Shown one piece after another: positions 12,775 to 25,380 of a stretch of DNA of 64,000 nt. Location: the NCBI GenBank assembly GCA_010093605.1, contig MU004189.1:1247834-1311833 (forward strand), in the 5' to 3' direction. The position numbers and the translations under genes were made by a program. The DNA comes from Lophium mytilinum (taxonomy: Eukaryota). Under the pieces are notes generated by a model that was not told the origin of the DNA, ran no database searches, and saw only the letters and a list, made by a program, of their open reading frames with translations. Every line of letters begins with the position of its first letter. Positions within the stretch are counted from its first letter, which is position 1.

Positions 12775-15700
12775 CTAAACCGCCCTATCCAACGCCTGCC
12801 CCCTACACATCTCCCAATACACCCCTCTCCTCCCGAGCAACTCCCCATGCGTCCCTACCTCCACCACCCTCCCCTTCTCAAACACCAGTATCACATCAGC
12901 ATCCTTCACCGTACTCAACCGATGCGCGACCGCCACCGTCGTCCGCCCCTCCTTCGCCCTCCCCAACGCCGCCTGCACAACCCGCTCACTCTCCGTATCC
13001 AGCGCGCTTGTCGCCTCGTCCAGCAGCAACAGCCGCGGCCTCCGCACTAGCGCCCGTGCAATCGCGATGCGCTGCCGCTGCCCACCCGAGAGCTGGGAGC
13101 CACGGCCGCCGCAAAGCGTGTTATACCCATCGGGCAAACTAACCACGAACTCGTGGATATTCGCTTGACGGGCGGCGTCTTCTATCTTCTCAGTCGTCCC
13201 GGTAGATGGGTCTGCGAGGCCCATGGCGATGTTGTCGTAGATACTCGCGTCGTACAGCACAGGCTCTTGTTGCACGAGCGCGAGCTGGGCACGGTAGAGG
13301 CGCGGGTTGCGCTGAGGCAAAGGCGTGTCGTCGAAGTGGATAACGCCGGAAATGGGGTCGTAGAAACGTTCGAGGAGGGCGATCATAGTGGTTTTGCCGC
13401 AGCCCGAGGGGCCGACGAAGGCGGCGAATTGGCCGGGGTGGACGTCGACGTTGATGCCTTTGAGGACTTTGGCGTTCGGGCGAGAGGGGTAGGAAAATTC
13501 GAGATCCGTGCAGGTGGCGTGGCCGGGGTCTTTGTCGGAGTAGTCGCTCTTGACAGTTGTTTCGGGGTCTTGGGGAGATGGTGCGTCCAATTCGCGGATT
13601 GTGGGGATTTGGGTGCGGAACCAGAGGATGTAGTTCGCCGCGGCTTGCGCTTTGGTGATGCTGCTGGTGTATTGGAAGAATTGGGCGGCGGCTTCGCCGG
13701 AGAAGATTATGCCTGTGAAGACGATGAAGAATTGGGTGGTTGAATATTCTCCGAGTGAAACCAAGTGGCCGCCGTACCTGAGGATGTAAGTCTCAAGCTA
13801 AGAATAAGATCGTGGAAGGGGAACTAAAGATGACTTACCAGAAACCCAAGGACATGGCGGCGAAAGAGATGGATTGTGTCAAGGCATACCAGAACATAGT
13901 CCATATGAGCGACTTCATCGATCGTGCAGCTACTCCTCCGACCCTCTCTTCATATCTTTGGATGATGTGCCTTTCCATGGTAAGGGAAGACACGGTCCGG
14001 ATGGCTGAGACGGCTTCAGCCGCGAGACCTGCACTACTAGAGAATCTCTCCGATGTCTCTTTCTCGAGCTTTCCCTCGAGCACAACACGGAGGTAGCCGC
14101 AGGTTACTTGAGGCAACAGAGCGCCGAATATGACCACTAAGCCTAGCTTCCATCCAATTACTAGAGCAAGGATGCAACTAGCAGTTAGATTGACGCATTG
14201 AATGAGGACGAGACCGATGTTGAACCCTAGTAGCTCTTCCAGGTTTGTTGGATACGTAGATAGTCGGGATGCAAGTGCGCCCGCCGTATTCTCTGGCCTG
14301 TCGAAGAACGCCATATCCTGTCGAATAGAGTTATCAAAGAGCTCTAGTCTGTACTTTCGAGCGACCACCTAGACCCAATTAGCTTAGCCGTCGAAGGCAA
14401 TTTTGATCGTTTGGAGGACGCACCTGAGCTATTCTGTTACCCACGAAGCCTACGGTGAAGTAGATTCCTAATTGCGCAAGAGCCACGATGAAGAACATGA
14501 GGGCATAGAAGTTGGCATCACTGGTCCGTTTGGCGCCTTGGAGTTGAAACGTGTTAATCGCTTTAGATAGTAGTATGGACTGCGCGGGGAATGTGAGACC
14601 TGTACATTCATTAGTAAATCGAGGACTAACTTTCTGTAAAGTAGCAAACTCACCACCGAGGGTAAATGCAACCGCAGACAGGAGAAAATAGTACCACAGG
14701 TGCATTTGTTCCCCGAGCATAATCAATACACACCTGACGAGACCGTAATTCATAGTCTGGCCGCTCTTTTTTTCTAAACCTTCGTCTGCGTGTAGTGAGC
14801 CGACTTGTGTGTTGGTTCGAACCAATGAGACTTTGTGGTCAAGCGGTTCCGCATCTGAACTTCCATCCATGGCTTCGTCTGAGTCGCCACTGGCTGCTCC
14901 AAGGTCTTGAGCTCTTACGAGTTGAGCGTAAGCATGATTGGCGGCGATCAGTTCATCGTGAGTCCCTTGTTCAATGATTTTACCGTCAGAAATGACTGCA
15001 ATGTTATCGGCGTTGCGGACGGTCGATAGCTTGTGAGCAATGACTAATGTCGTGCGATTCTCAGACACGTTATCGAGGGCCAACTGGACGATTTTCTCCG
15101 CATGGGGGTCAAGCGCGCTGGTGGCTTCGTCTAGGAGTAGAATCTGTGGGTTGGAGATAATAGAACGAGCAATGGCTAGTCTTTGCTTCTGGCCACCTGA
15201 AAGCATGATAGCGCGTTCACCAATTTCTGTATGGTATCCCTGACATTTGTCAATATGTCTTTCCGAAAATGAAACGGAGATTTGGTACCTTTGGTAACTG
15301 CTCAACGAATTCATCCGCGTACGCTGCTTTGCATGCTTCTTTGACCAATTGCAACTGATCATCCGGAGATAAGCCCGCCTTCTCGGTGCCGAGCAATCCA
15401 AACGAAACGTTCTCGAACACGGTCCCATTGAACAATACAGGTTCCTAGAGTGAGTCAGATTTGAATATCCACCCCAACAATAACGGAATAGAGAAAGCTA
15501 TGTCATACCTGTTGGACTAGTCGAATTCGAGTGCGTAGCCATTCTAGGTTGACTTCTCGTATGTCCATTCCATCAACGAGAAGACGGCCTTCTGATTGGT
15601 CATACCACCGCTCCAGCAGTCCGATGATAGTGCTTTTGCCGGATCCGCTGGCGCCGACTAAGGCCGTGGTCTTCTTCGGCGGTATGACGAGACTCAACCC

Positions 15701-17090
15701 ACGGAGGACGGGAGCATCAGGCCGTGAAGGATAGGCGAAGTGAAGACTCTGTGCCTCGATTTCTCCAATGCACTTGTCCGGACTCAGCCCTTCGGTAGAC
15801 ATGGAGTCAATCTCTGGGACGCGGTCAATGACTTTGAACAGCTCAGCCGCAGCCGAGGAAGATTTGGTGATTTGAAGGATCTGTGGGCCGACTTGAGTCA
15901 ATGCGGCAGCAGCGACAATGACGGCAAATATGACGCTGTCTCAGAACATTAGAGATCTGAGCAACCGTAGTTCGAAGAGAGACTCACGTTACAACCTTGC
16001 CTGACTGCTGGATCTCACCACTAGAGTATAGTCGGATGCCCTCCCAAAAAGCAAGCGCATAGCCGCAGAAGATACAAAAATATTCGATGGAGAACAAGGT
16101 GCCGTATATGGGAGATTTTTTATTCCCAACCTTTTGAGCGTCGGCAAGAAGCCCATCGTATTTTCGAGACATCAGCGGCTGCAGCCAGAAGGCGTGGACA
16201 GTTCTCATGCTGGAGAACATCTCTTCGGCCATCAATCCGGCTTTGGAATATATGGGCAATGATTGGGCCTCGTTCTTTACAAGCACGGCAATCGCACCAA
16301 ATGTGACTATGAGAATGGTAGGAACTATGCTGATGGTAATTAGAGTGAGCTTCCACTGAACCGCAAAGGCAACTATGAAGGCAGCGAAGAAAGTCGTGAT
16401 GCTTTGGATGGTAAGGGTGAGTTTCTCGGCTATGCCAGAGTTGACCTCGTTTCCGTTAGTGGTAACTTGTACTGAGGTAGATCCAGCCTCCGAGGAGTCG
16501 AAGAAGGCAATATTCTGGCGCAAAGTGTGCTTTAGAAAGTCAATTCGGAGAGCTCTTGTTGTTCTAATGGCGGATACTGAAATCAACAGCTATATCGGCG
16601 GCAGATTAGACCAAGCCGAGGTAGTCACGTGATGAAAACGTACCGTATGGATGTAGGTGAGACAGAATTTCCCAATGAATAGATAGACAAAGTACAAGCT
16701 ATGGATATATTAGAGAGTGCCGATACACTGGTGTTGTGGGCATGGCTCACCTCAGTGTCCGTATATCGCCTTGAAACTTCGCCGTTGTCGACTTCCCGAC
16801 TGCAAAGTCATTGAATGTTGTAACGAACTTTCCGAATATAACGTCCATTAAGGGGAGAAGAACACCAGCAGCCATTGCCGCGATGAAGGCGACGATGTTA
16901 AGCACCCAGCTGGTGGAGTCGGCATATCCGAAGACGCGCTGCAAAGCTCATCAGACATCGTTCGCGTCACGAAGCACAATAGACTCACAAAGTAGGCCTT
17001 TACTCCACCGCCCTCCTTGCCCTTCGATTCAGCCTCAACGTCCCCTTTCAGACTCTCATCAGATCCAGATTTCTCGTGGTCACGTGCCAT
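12775..17090 (-). CDS. Full-size ABCB (MDR/P-glycoprotein-type) transporter, TMD-NBD-TMD-NBD, multi-exon
   Basis: Walker [10 protein letters not shown] and GPSGCGKTT, two LSGGQ signatures, two [11 protein letters not shown] motifs, two TM domains; ORF pieces separated by canonical short introns. Confidence 0.95.
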
Positions 17091-17431
17091 GATATTGGAT
17101 CAAGCTCGGAACGTCGTAATTGGAACAGACGAGAGGTAGTCTCTAGAACTAAGATAAAACTAAGTATATTTTTGCTGTATACATCATGTGCAGTCTTCCT
17201 CTGATGTGGTGCATACTCCGCAGAGGGAGGCGGCGCTATGTGTATGAGATTGCAGCGGAGGCCGAGGACACCGACGAGAAGGCAGAGGCATAGCAGAATC
17301 CAGAGGCACAGACATATGAGGGATACGTAGCCGCACGGGTTGTCGATGGAGGATGACTACATGTTGGCGGTAAAGAGGCAAAAGTAGCACTAAGGAAAGT
17401 CTACAAGGGTATGATAGGGCTTGGCACGGGA

Positions 17432-17439
17432 TCCGCGGA
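17432..17439. promoter_or_regulatory. TCCGCGGA (matches the yeast PDRE consensus) in the ABC transporter / Zn2Cys6 divergent promoter
   Basis: Exact 8-mer, with flanking CGG/CCG triplets, in the 477-bp intergenic region. The same 8-mer occurs at ~7767 and ~43671, so chance is possible. Confidence 0.4.
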
Positions 17440-17567
17440 ATCCGCTGCTTTCATCGGTTCCCAACCACCACACCCCTTCCCTCCACACGGCAACTTCGCC
17501 ACACTTTGTACTTCCTCCACGCCTCCATCGCGCATTCCTCGGGCCCCGAAGCCCCCATACTGCCAAG

Positions 17568-19951
17568 ATGAGCAGCTCTCGATCGAGTTCAGTGGATGCA
17601 GGGCAGGCATCGTCCGCATCCAATCAGCGTGCAGTATGCATGAATCATGAAAGATTTCAAAGAGACTGATATTGATGCCTTCCAGTGCGACAACTGCCGA
17701 ACGAGAAAGATCAAGTGCGACAAATCAACACCCTGCTCAAGCTGTAAGGCCTCCAAAACAGCCTGCCGTACGACGCAGGAAAGGAGGGACCCTCGTCAAA
17801 GGGTGCTCATCTCCAGCCAATAGTAAGCATTTCATCCTTTGAAGTCTAAGATGGATCAGGCTTACTCTGACTGTCAGTGAGAAAAAGATCGATCGGATCG
17901 AGGACCGCCTTGTCTCGATTGAGAGGATGTTGCGAATGCTTACTACTGATATGACCGCTACGCAGCACAATTCCCCAGACTCGGGCATATCGGTTGCTCC
18001 GGCATCCCATGCGTATGAAGAAGCCAATCCGCCCCTCGATGATGAGGTGCCTTTTGAGGGAGACACGAGTCTCAATGCACATACTGTCTTCGCAAGCCGG
18101 TTGCTTGAGCAGAAAGTTGGTAGCGATGGTTTCACCGGGCAAAATCCGGAGATGGTTGCTGCCCTCTCATCTCTCCGAAATATAGTTTCGAAAGAGTTCA
18201 CCGAGGCTGAAACAGGCCAATCTGGAGACACTCCGAGAAGCAATGCTGGAAAACCACGACAAACAAGTATCGAGCGACCTCCACGACATCTTGTGCTAGA
18301 ATTCCTGAAAAGCGCCGACGGTATGACCCAAACCCCGATGCCTGAGCCTAATAAGCTTACCCAATTTTCTCTTTAGAAGCCAACTTGAACGGACTTGGGT
18401 ATTGCTTTTTCCCTTTTCTGACTGGACACAGACTCAGGGACATATGCTTGACCGTTTATGATAACGAGCATTGCTCTACGACTACACATGTCCTGTTCTA
18501 TGGCGGCTTGCACACGGCATTTGTGGACTACCTTATGGTCATGCATGATGACGCAGTGGAAAAGCAGTATGGGCCACTTGCAGCATTGTGTAGGCGCAAC
18601 TTCGAGTCTCTTCTGCTAAACTTGCCCCTGCTCATGCCAGCTACGATCGAGAACGTACAAGCTTTGCTACTTGGTGTAAGTTTTCCTCGTCCGTTTGCTG
18701 CTCATGTCTAATATGTCAGGCCTGCCACTACATGGAGCTCTCCAAGCCCTCCTCATGTTGGACCCTAACCGCCCATGCCGCAAGCCTAAGCCAAAGTCTC
18801 GGCTGCCACCGAATTTCGTCCATGAACAATGATCCGGAAGACGTCAAAGAGATGAAAATGTTCCTCTTCTGGTCAATATATACCATTGACAAGAGTCTAT
18901 CCCTCCGCTTGGGTCGCTCGTCCACGATCCGAGATGACGAAATTTCAGTCCCTCAGCCGTCCCCGGGAGGATCTTCACCAGCTATCTGGCAAGAGATGGT
19001 TTGTTATTGGTGCAAGTTTGCGAGAGTTCAAGGACAAGTGTATGATCAATTGTACAGCCCAGCAGCGTTCGCGGCTAGCGATGAAGAACGAATTGAGAGA
19101 GCCAAGGTGCTCGTTATCAAAATCGGAGAAGTCAATAAAAGCAATCAGGTCAGTTCATCCCATGATGCAGCTGGTATTATCATGTCGTAATCCCTCGCGC
19201 TAGTCAAAATTGACCAAGGACCCTATTCCGGAAGATGCTAGAAATATATTCTCGTACGCGGATCAAGTTACAATGTACTCCACTTTAACACTCATATACC
19301 GCGCCATACCTCCGCGGTTCAATGATATCTCGAACACCTTCTCTACTGAATGCATCGAATCAGCACGAGCGGCTATACGGCAACATCTAGAGTGTGCCGA
19401 CCAGTACAAGAACAAGCATCCGGAGTACTGGGCCGGCTATATAGGATGGTATAAAAATAATCCCAACCACAAATACATACTCTGCCCGTGCTAACCAGCA
19501 TTCTAGGGCGGTCATGAATGCACCTTTCACGCCTTTCCTGGTACTCTTCTGCCATGTAATCACCGTCTACGATCAAGCCGACCTACAGCTCCTCGGTAGC
19601 TTCGTCGACACCCTTCACTCGTACACGAAGACTTCCGTGAATACTGAAAAGCTACGTCGCCTCTTCGACGTCTTCTACCGCGTCGCGAAAGTCTACATGG
19701 AGTCTAAGACTCAGGATCTTTATGGCCCGCAACTAGCTGGTACTGCGATTCCGCCGTCAAACGAATTCATGGACGTTGGCTATGGAGCGGAGTTTGACGC
19801 TTATTTGAGCCAGCTTGGCATGGCGCCAAACCCAGTCTATCCCAACACGGCGCAGGAGAACGATTCCACGAATCTGCAAGAGTGGTTTTCTGGGAATCAG
19901 TATATCATGGGTTTGCTGGAGCAGGATCTTACGAATATCGACATGCCCTAA
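17568..19951 (+). CDS. Zn(II)2Cys6 transcription factor with fungal-specific TF middle domain
   Basis: After intron 17634-17685: CDNCRTRKIKCDKSTPCSSCKASKTAC. Later LFWSIYTIDKSLSLRLGRSSTIRD (Fungal_trans motif). Multiple introns; stop TAA 19949-19951. Confidence 0.92.
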
Positions 19952-20447
19952 GGATGTTCCGATCGAGGATCAAGGCCCTACATACTAATTTCTAACCAGC
20001 TCTTGATTACGAGAACCTTCCCAGATTCGCCAAGCCACAATAGATCGAGAGGAATAAAAGTTGGATGAAAGCACTAATCCGGCTGGAATTTAATCACCGT
20101 TGGACATTTAATCACAAGGGCGGTATGTGTCACGTGATCTGTGTACCCCTCACCGCCCATCTGGAAGAGCCCGGATGCGGTGAAACATCAACCTTTTCGA
20201 CAAAGCTCTCCACGCGCTGGAAAAGTATAGCCCTGCGTACTATTTGTCGCCCCACTATTGGACATAGCGCTGAATCAAGCGCCATACTTGTGCAGGCTGC
20301 AGTGCTTCGCCTTACGGGATTGGGCACTGCCACCATTGCTAGCCTTATTGACATCTGCTCCTTCTCTCGTCTCTTTCTGGGGCCGAATTGGACCTTCATT
20401 TTTCAATATATCGATGTACTACCGCTGTTCTCCCCTGCATTATATTC

Positions 20448-22547
20448 ATGTTCCATATTCGAAGGAAAACACAATTCCCTTGGAAGGCTCACGCCAGTCT
20501 AGAGGACCAACCTCCTCCACAGCGCTGTGGGATACGGCGACTTTTGACGTATAGGGACATTCGACCTCGTCACATATACAGGCATACTCCACTTCCGCAT
20601 TCTCAAGCTATCCGGCTCCTCTACCTGCATCCCGGAGACCCAAAGCGGGACATCCGAATATCTTTGCAAACCCATAATGTTTCCGATTCATCAAGACTAG
20701 ACTATACAGCTATCTCATATGCCTGGGGAGACGGAGCCTGCAACATCTCCATAGAGTGCGATGGATCCATCATGCTGGTCACGGAAAATATCTATCAGAT
20801 GTTGTTCCATATCCAGCAAAAGGACTCTACTCGTCTTCTCTGGGTAGATGCCATTTGCATCAATCAGTGTGACGCCCAGGAGAAATCGCAACAAATTCTA
20901 CTCATGAGAAATATTTACTCCGAAGCTCCCCGAGTAATAGTGTGGCTTGGGGCACCAGATAAATTCCGGAAAGTTGCTACGGCGATCGCGACTTTGAAGG
21001 AGATGGCGCATTGCTACCGTACATCGGCAATTGTGCTATTCGCAGAGAACAAAGACAAAGATACAAATTCATACAGTGAGATGATGAATTATAGCTGTCA
21101 GTCCTTGTTCTACTTCCTCGGGCGGCCGTGGTTCAAACGCCTATGGACATTTCAAGAAGTTTGTCTTCCGGAAAACCCCACACTGCTTTGCGGAGCTCAG
21201 GAAATTGCCTTCAACGAGGTCTTTGACGCAACTTGTATGATATTCAATACCTCCCTCGGGGATGACTGGTTTACGCAAAACAACCGGAGCAAATTGGCTT
21301 GGGCACTTTACGACTGTACAATGGTTCGAGACGTCCGACGTTACGAAGGCCCCCAACCACATCGACTGCCTCTTTCCACGTTGCTATGGTGGACTTCCGT
21401 AAGACTGGTGAAAGATCCCCGAGATAGAATCTATTCTCTGCTGGGACTTGCAACCGGCGCAGCGATACATTCCCTCAAACCAGACTATCGTGAACCGTTC
21501 GAGGAGACATACGTGAAATATTCGAAAGCCATGATCGAGGATGACGGCCATCTGGGGCTCCTGAGCTGTACTGGAAGACTCTCGCGTAACGAGACTCTGC
21601 CAACTTGGGTTCCGGACTGGACGCAGGAATTACGTTTTCTTCCGTTCGTGGTCCCGGGGCGACCTTATTCTTACCACTTTGTGAACCAAGGGGCTATCCC
21701 TCAAAGACTTACCTGGAGAACCGGTGGCGTGAAAGAACTTTGCCTTTTTGGTTACAGGATAGACACAATACGGTTGATAGTTCCACTAGACCAGCTTCTC
21801 GAGGAGATCAAAAGGCACCATCCGACCAACGGCGAACCAAGAAGCTGGAAGCGAGTTATGAAAGTCATCACAGGCCTAGTAACACTGGCATCTGTAAGCT
21901 CTCCGTATTGGCCAAGTGACGACTCGGCTGAAATGGCCTTCATGCGGACACTGTGTGCGGGTTGTTTTCCAGACTCTGGCGTCGTAGACGAGACGGAGAA
22001 ACTGCGTTGCTATGGCTCACATAACCGGTGGGCTTGGGAACACGCTAGCTCTGCTCGCCGGGAAGAAATGGAGCACTTGAACCTAGATCCAGAGAAGGAT
22101 TGGATTGCCACTGCTCAGGATATCAAGAGTCTTTATGACAACCTTTTCGAAGAGTTCTGCTCTCCCAGTACCAGCGGAGTCGAAGAAGATGCTGGACATG
22201 ATTTGCTAGTTGGGAACAGCAGTCTGTCGAGTTCCACAAGCATATTCAGCTTCGTTATTGAGGAGATCTGCCACATCATCAGACTGTACACTTGTAATAG
22301 GGTTCTTTTCGTGACCGCAAACGGATATATCGGGCTAGGCCCATTGCATACTAGAGCTTCGGACGAAGTATGCACGTTGCATGGCGGCTACGTTCCATTT
22401 TCGCTCAGACGCACCGATGTGGAAAGCAAGTTTGAGCTGCTTGGAGAGGCCTACGTTCATGGTATCATGCAGGGCGAGCTTTGGAATAAGTCGAAGCCAG
22501 CCTATCAGGGGAAGGACAGTATGTTTAGCCCGGTAACCTTGGTGTGA
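20448..22547 (+). CDS. HET-domain (heterokaryon incompatibility, het-6-like) protein
   Basis: IRLL, YTAISYAWG, LWVDAICINQ, MRNIYSEA, PWFKRLWTFQEV, DPRDRIYSLLGL, LPTWVPDW, and C-terminal FVTANGYIGLGP...LLGEAYVHGIM. First in-frame ATG is 20448. Confidence 0.93.
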   Translation: MFHIRRKTQFPWKAHASLEDQPPPQRCGIRRLLTYRDIRPRHIYRHTPLPHSQAIRLLYLHPGDPKRDIRISLQTHNVSDSSRLDYTAISYAWGDGACNISIECDGSIMLVTENIYQMLFHIQQKDSTRLLWVDAICINQCDAQEKSQQILLMRNIYSEAPRVIVWLGAPDKFRKVATAIATLKEMAHCYRTSAIVLFAENKDKDTNSYSEMMNYSCQSLFYFLGRPWFKRLWTFQEVCLPENPTLLCGAQEIAFNEVFDATCMIFNTSLGDDWFTQNNRSKLAWALYDCTMVRDVRRYEGPQPHRLPLSTLLWWTSVRLVKDPRDRIYSLLGLATGAAIHSLKPDYREPFEETYVKYSKAMIEDDGHLGLLSCTGRLSRNETLPTWVPDWTQELRFLPFVVPGRPYSYHFVNQGAIPQRLTWRTGGVKELCLFGYRIDTIRLIVPLDQLLEEIKRHHPTNGEPRSWKRVMKVITGLVTLASVSSPYWPSDDSAEMAFMRTLCAGCFPDSGVVDETEKLRCYGSHNRWAWEHASSARREEMEHLNLDPEKDWIATAQDIKSLYDNLFEEFCSPSTSGVEEDAGHDLLVGNSSLSSSTSIFSFVIEEICHIIRLYTCNRVLFVTANGYIGLGPLHTRASDEVCTLHGGYVPFSLRRTDVESKFELLGEAYVHGIMQGELWNKSKPAYQGKDSMFSPVTLV

Positions 22548-22837
22548 GGAATAGTGGGTGAATTGGTGTCTTCGCTTGTCCCAGGTTCAAGTCGCTTGAC
22601 TGGTCCAACGTCATTTCAGCAAGCTCGATGGTCAGGCACGTGTCAGGCTCTCGTGCGGAGGCCCATTCTTGAACTCACTTAGCACCTCACTTGATAGCTA
22701 TTTCTAGAAGGTTCCTCTCTCGCTTAACTTGTTTCCGTCACCTAAGTACACGAGGTTCCTCTTCAAGCCCACCGTCAATTTCTCTAAGCTCTCACTTCAT
22801 CAAACAAGAAACGTCATATTTCGGAGACCTGGTTGCC

Positions 22838-23696
22838 ATGGGTCAGAAGGCATCAGTTCCCGCCACCGCCGCTAGAGATGGACCCCACAGCAAATGCAGC
22901 AACTGCCGCCCTTTCGTGGAGGAAACTCTATGGGATCCAGCGTGGTCCGAGGAAGGCCTATGGGACTTAGACCTCACCCGCACAATTGCGCAAGAGATGT
23001 TTTACCGAATTGCTGAGAAGATGAGCCTCGGAGAGCACATCGTTCAAGTTGCGTGAGTGTAGCTACGAGCCCAAGCTTGGCCCTATCTCTGACGACTACA
23101 GGATCGACAAACCGGTATCCATAGTGGAAGGTGGCAAGAAATATCATTGCACAGCCGATATCGTGGCGGAGCATTTTAGTACCAGAAGGATAGTTACGGG
23201 ACTGGTACAAAATTGCAGAGCAGGAAATGATGCGCGGCTCTGACACTCTATACAGATCCTGGACCCCAAAAACGCGAACGAAGATTCTTGGAGCCGCGAC
23301 AACCTCTCGCACTTCCAGCGGCACCACTTGGAGGCCATTGCTCAGCAATACCACTCACGCAGTCAACCCGGCAAGGCTCCGGACACCTACGAGGTCAACC
23401 TAAGCCCTCGCGGGTCGTCGTTCCCTTCCAGTATTGACAGATTCTAGGCCGTCGTGATCGTATTCAAGAGCCACTACTTCATGGTCATCGAGGGCACGAC
23501 TACGCCTGCATACTTGGACTGGCTGGGACACGCGGTCGACTTCCGAGCGAAGCCGGACCCGGACTTCTCGCACTTTAGTACTCAAGGCTGGTTCAACCTT
23601 TGGGGTGAGGATGGACGCGGAAACCTAGAGAGTCTGATTATGCGTATTGGGATGGCGCTTGCGGGTGAACGTCGCAATAGGCCAAGTGACGCGTAG
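22838..23696 (+). CDS. Hypothetical ~234-aa protein with N-myristoylation-like start (MGQKAS); paralog of 11070-12194
   Basis: Exons 22838-23052, 23102-23204, 23256-23393, 23448-23696 give an open frame with canonical GT-AG introns of 49, 51 and 54 nt. Confidence 0.8.
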
Positions 23697-24136
23697 ACCA
23701 TACTATGCCGACAACATCACTTCTAGTGCGGCGGCCGATCTGGATTGAGAGGTCTACAGGCTCTCTTACGATACCTGGGACCTGGAAGTATTGTTAGAGT
23801 GAGTATGGCGTGTCATTTTCCAGCAAGCAGCGCTGAGATGGGAGTAGAGAGACAAATGGCCGTTTAGACCAGTCTACTCAAGCGAATAACCACACCAAAT
23901 ACTCTTTCACTTCAATTGCACTGCATTCATCAAAGTGTTTATTTTATTTCCTGGGAGTTTTAAGCCCAAAGATATCGAAACAAGTTGCAAATTAGAACAA
24001 TGACAAAGGGAAACAGAGAGAGAATGATCTCCTTGGCAGGCCCGCCGGACTAGTCATTCGTGCAATCAAACCAATGGATATGCCAAATGAAGGCTAAAGG
24101 CCATTTTCTCGACCCCAAAGACCGCAGATTTCGTCT

Positions 24137-25168
24137 TTATAACTCCTCCATTCTTGCCCTCTTCGCCCCCGCGGCGGCATCCTTCCCGTATTCCTCTCGC
24201 TTCCTCTTCTGCTCATTCTCCCTCTCCTTTCTCCGCTCACGCGACCGCTTCGCAGTGGCCTTCCTCCTTCCTCTCTTCTCTTCCGCTATATCGCAATAAG
24301 ACTGTTTCACGGTGCTGAGATATCTATCAAAGACAGCATCATTGCACATGGTAGTGCTGTACTCTTGCCCATGGGAACTATACTCATCTTTAAATATCAA
24401 CCAAGCCGCGACCACCTGTGCCTGACTCTGCGGCAGCTCGCCCACCATCTCGAACGTCACACCGTTCGCGACGATTGCCAAGGTTTCCTTCTCGGGCAGC
24501 CATTTCACATCAGACCGCTCGTAGTTACGGGATGGAATGACCGCTGCCACGATGCTGTGGACCAGTGACTGCATCTGAGGAAGCGCTTCGCTCCAATACT
24601 CGCGCTGGAATTTGAAGTATGGGTTCTTTCGGCCCTTGGGCACATGAGGGCCATCCGGACCCGCTTCTTCGATGCGCTGCACCTGCGCTGCCGGCAAGTT
24701 CATGTCGACGACTACATGCTGGATGCTGGAGGGTAGGCGGAAGTTGGCTTCGTCAACCCAGGTCCAGCGCAAATTGAAGAGGCCGTAAGGCCTCAGGGGA
24801 TTCCGAACGGTCTTGTCGTACGATGGGCGCGGTGGCCAGCTTGTTGTCTCAGTGCTGAAGACGTAGATGCGGATGGAGTTGATGCCCGGCCACTCGCGCT
24901 TTGTATCCTCCGCGCGCTCCTTGTAGAAAGCATCGAGAAGCACAAGCCCGTCCACGCCGCTGGGGTTCTGGATAATTGTGGGCGTGGATGGTGGGGGGAG
25001 CCAGCTGCGGCGGATCTCCTCTACGTCTGCGAGAAAGAGCTTGCAGACGCCGGCAGCGGGAGTCGAGAGATTGAATCCGTCGCGCTCGCTGATCTTGATG
25101 GTGATGGTGTCGGCGAGGATCTGCTGGCGGAGCTCGGCCGGGAGGGAGGTGAGAGTGGTTGGAGGCAT
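24137..25168 (-). CDS. Hypothetical protein with N-terminal F-box-like motif and basic C-terminal tail; tandem paralog 1
   Basis: MPPTTLTSLPAELRQQIL start (ATG 25168); intronless; colinear similarity to 26164-27144 (SWLP, IIQ.P.G, WPG, VRNPLR, HVVVD, GPDG, QREYW). Confidence 0.8.
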   Translation of the reverse strand: MPPTTLTSLPAELRQQILADTITIKISERDGFNLSTPAAGVCKLFLADVEEIRRSWLPPPSTPTIIQNPSGVDGLVLLDAFYKERAEDTKREWPGINSIRIYVFSTETTSWPPRPSYDKTVRNPLRPYGLFNLRWTWVDEANFRLPSSIQHVVVDMNLPAAQVQRIEEAGPDGPHVPKGRKNPYFKFQREYWSEALPQMQSLVHSIVAAVIPSRNYERSDVKWLPEKETLAIVANGVTFEMVGELPQSQAQVVAAWLIFKDEYSSHGQEYSTTMCNDAVFDRYLSTVKQSYCDIAEEKRGRRKATAKRSRERRKERENEQKRKREEYGKDAAAGAKRARMEEL

Positions 25169-25380
25169 CGTGGAGTTGGAGCCAGCTATGTTGATGTTGA
25201 TGGTGTTGTGGAAGATGGAGGTGGGAAGAAAAGAGGAGGACACCGGTGATTAGGTTCCTGAAATACACTTAAGCGTGTGGTCACGCGCTCCGTCTTCCGC
25301 TGGTGAATGTTTTTACCCGAGGAAATGTTAAGGCCACCGGGTATTAGACCGCCTTTTCGAAAGGCTAATGTGGGCTATCT

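Noticed and set aside
12418..13743. Long plus-strand ORFs (210 and 196 aa)
   Set aside because: Antisense shadows of the ABC transporter coding region.
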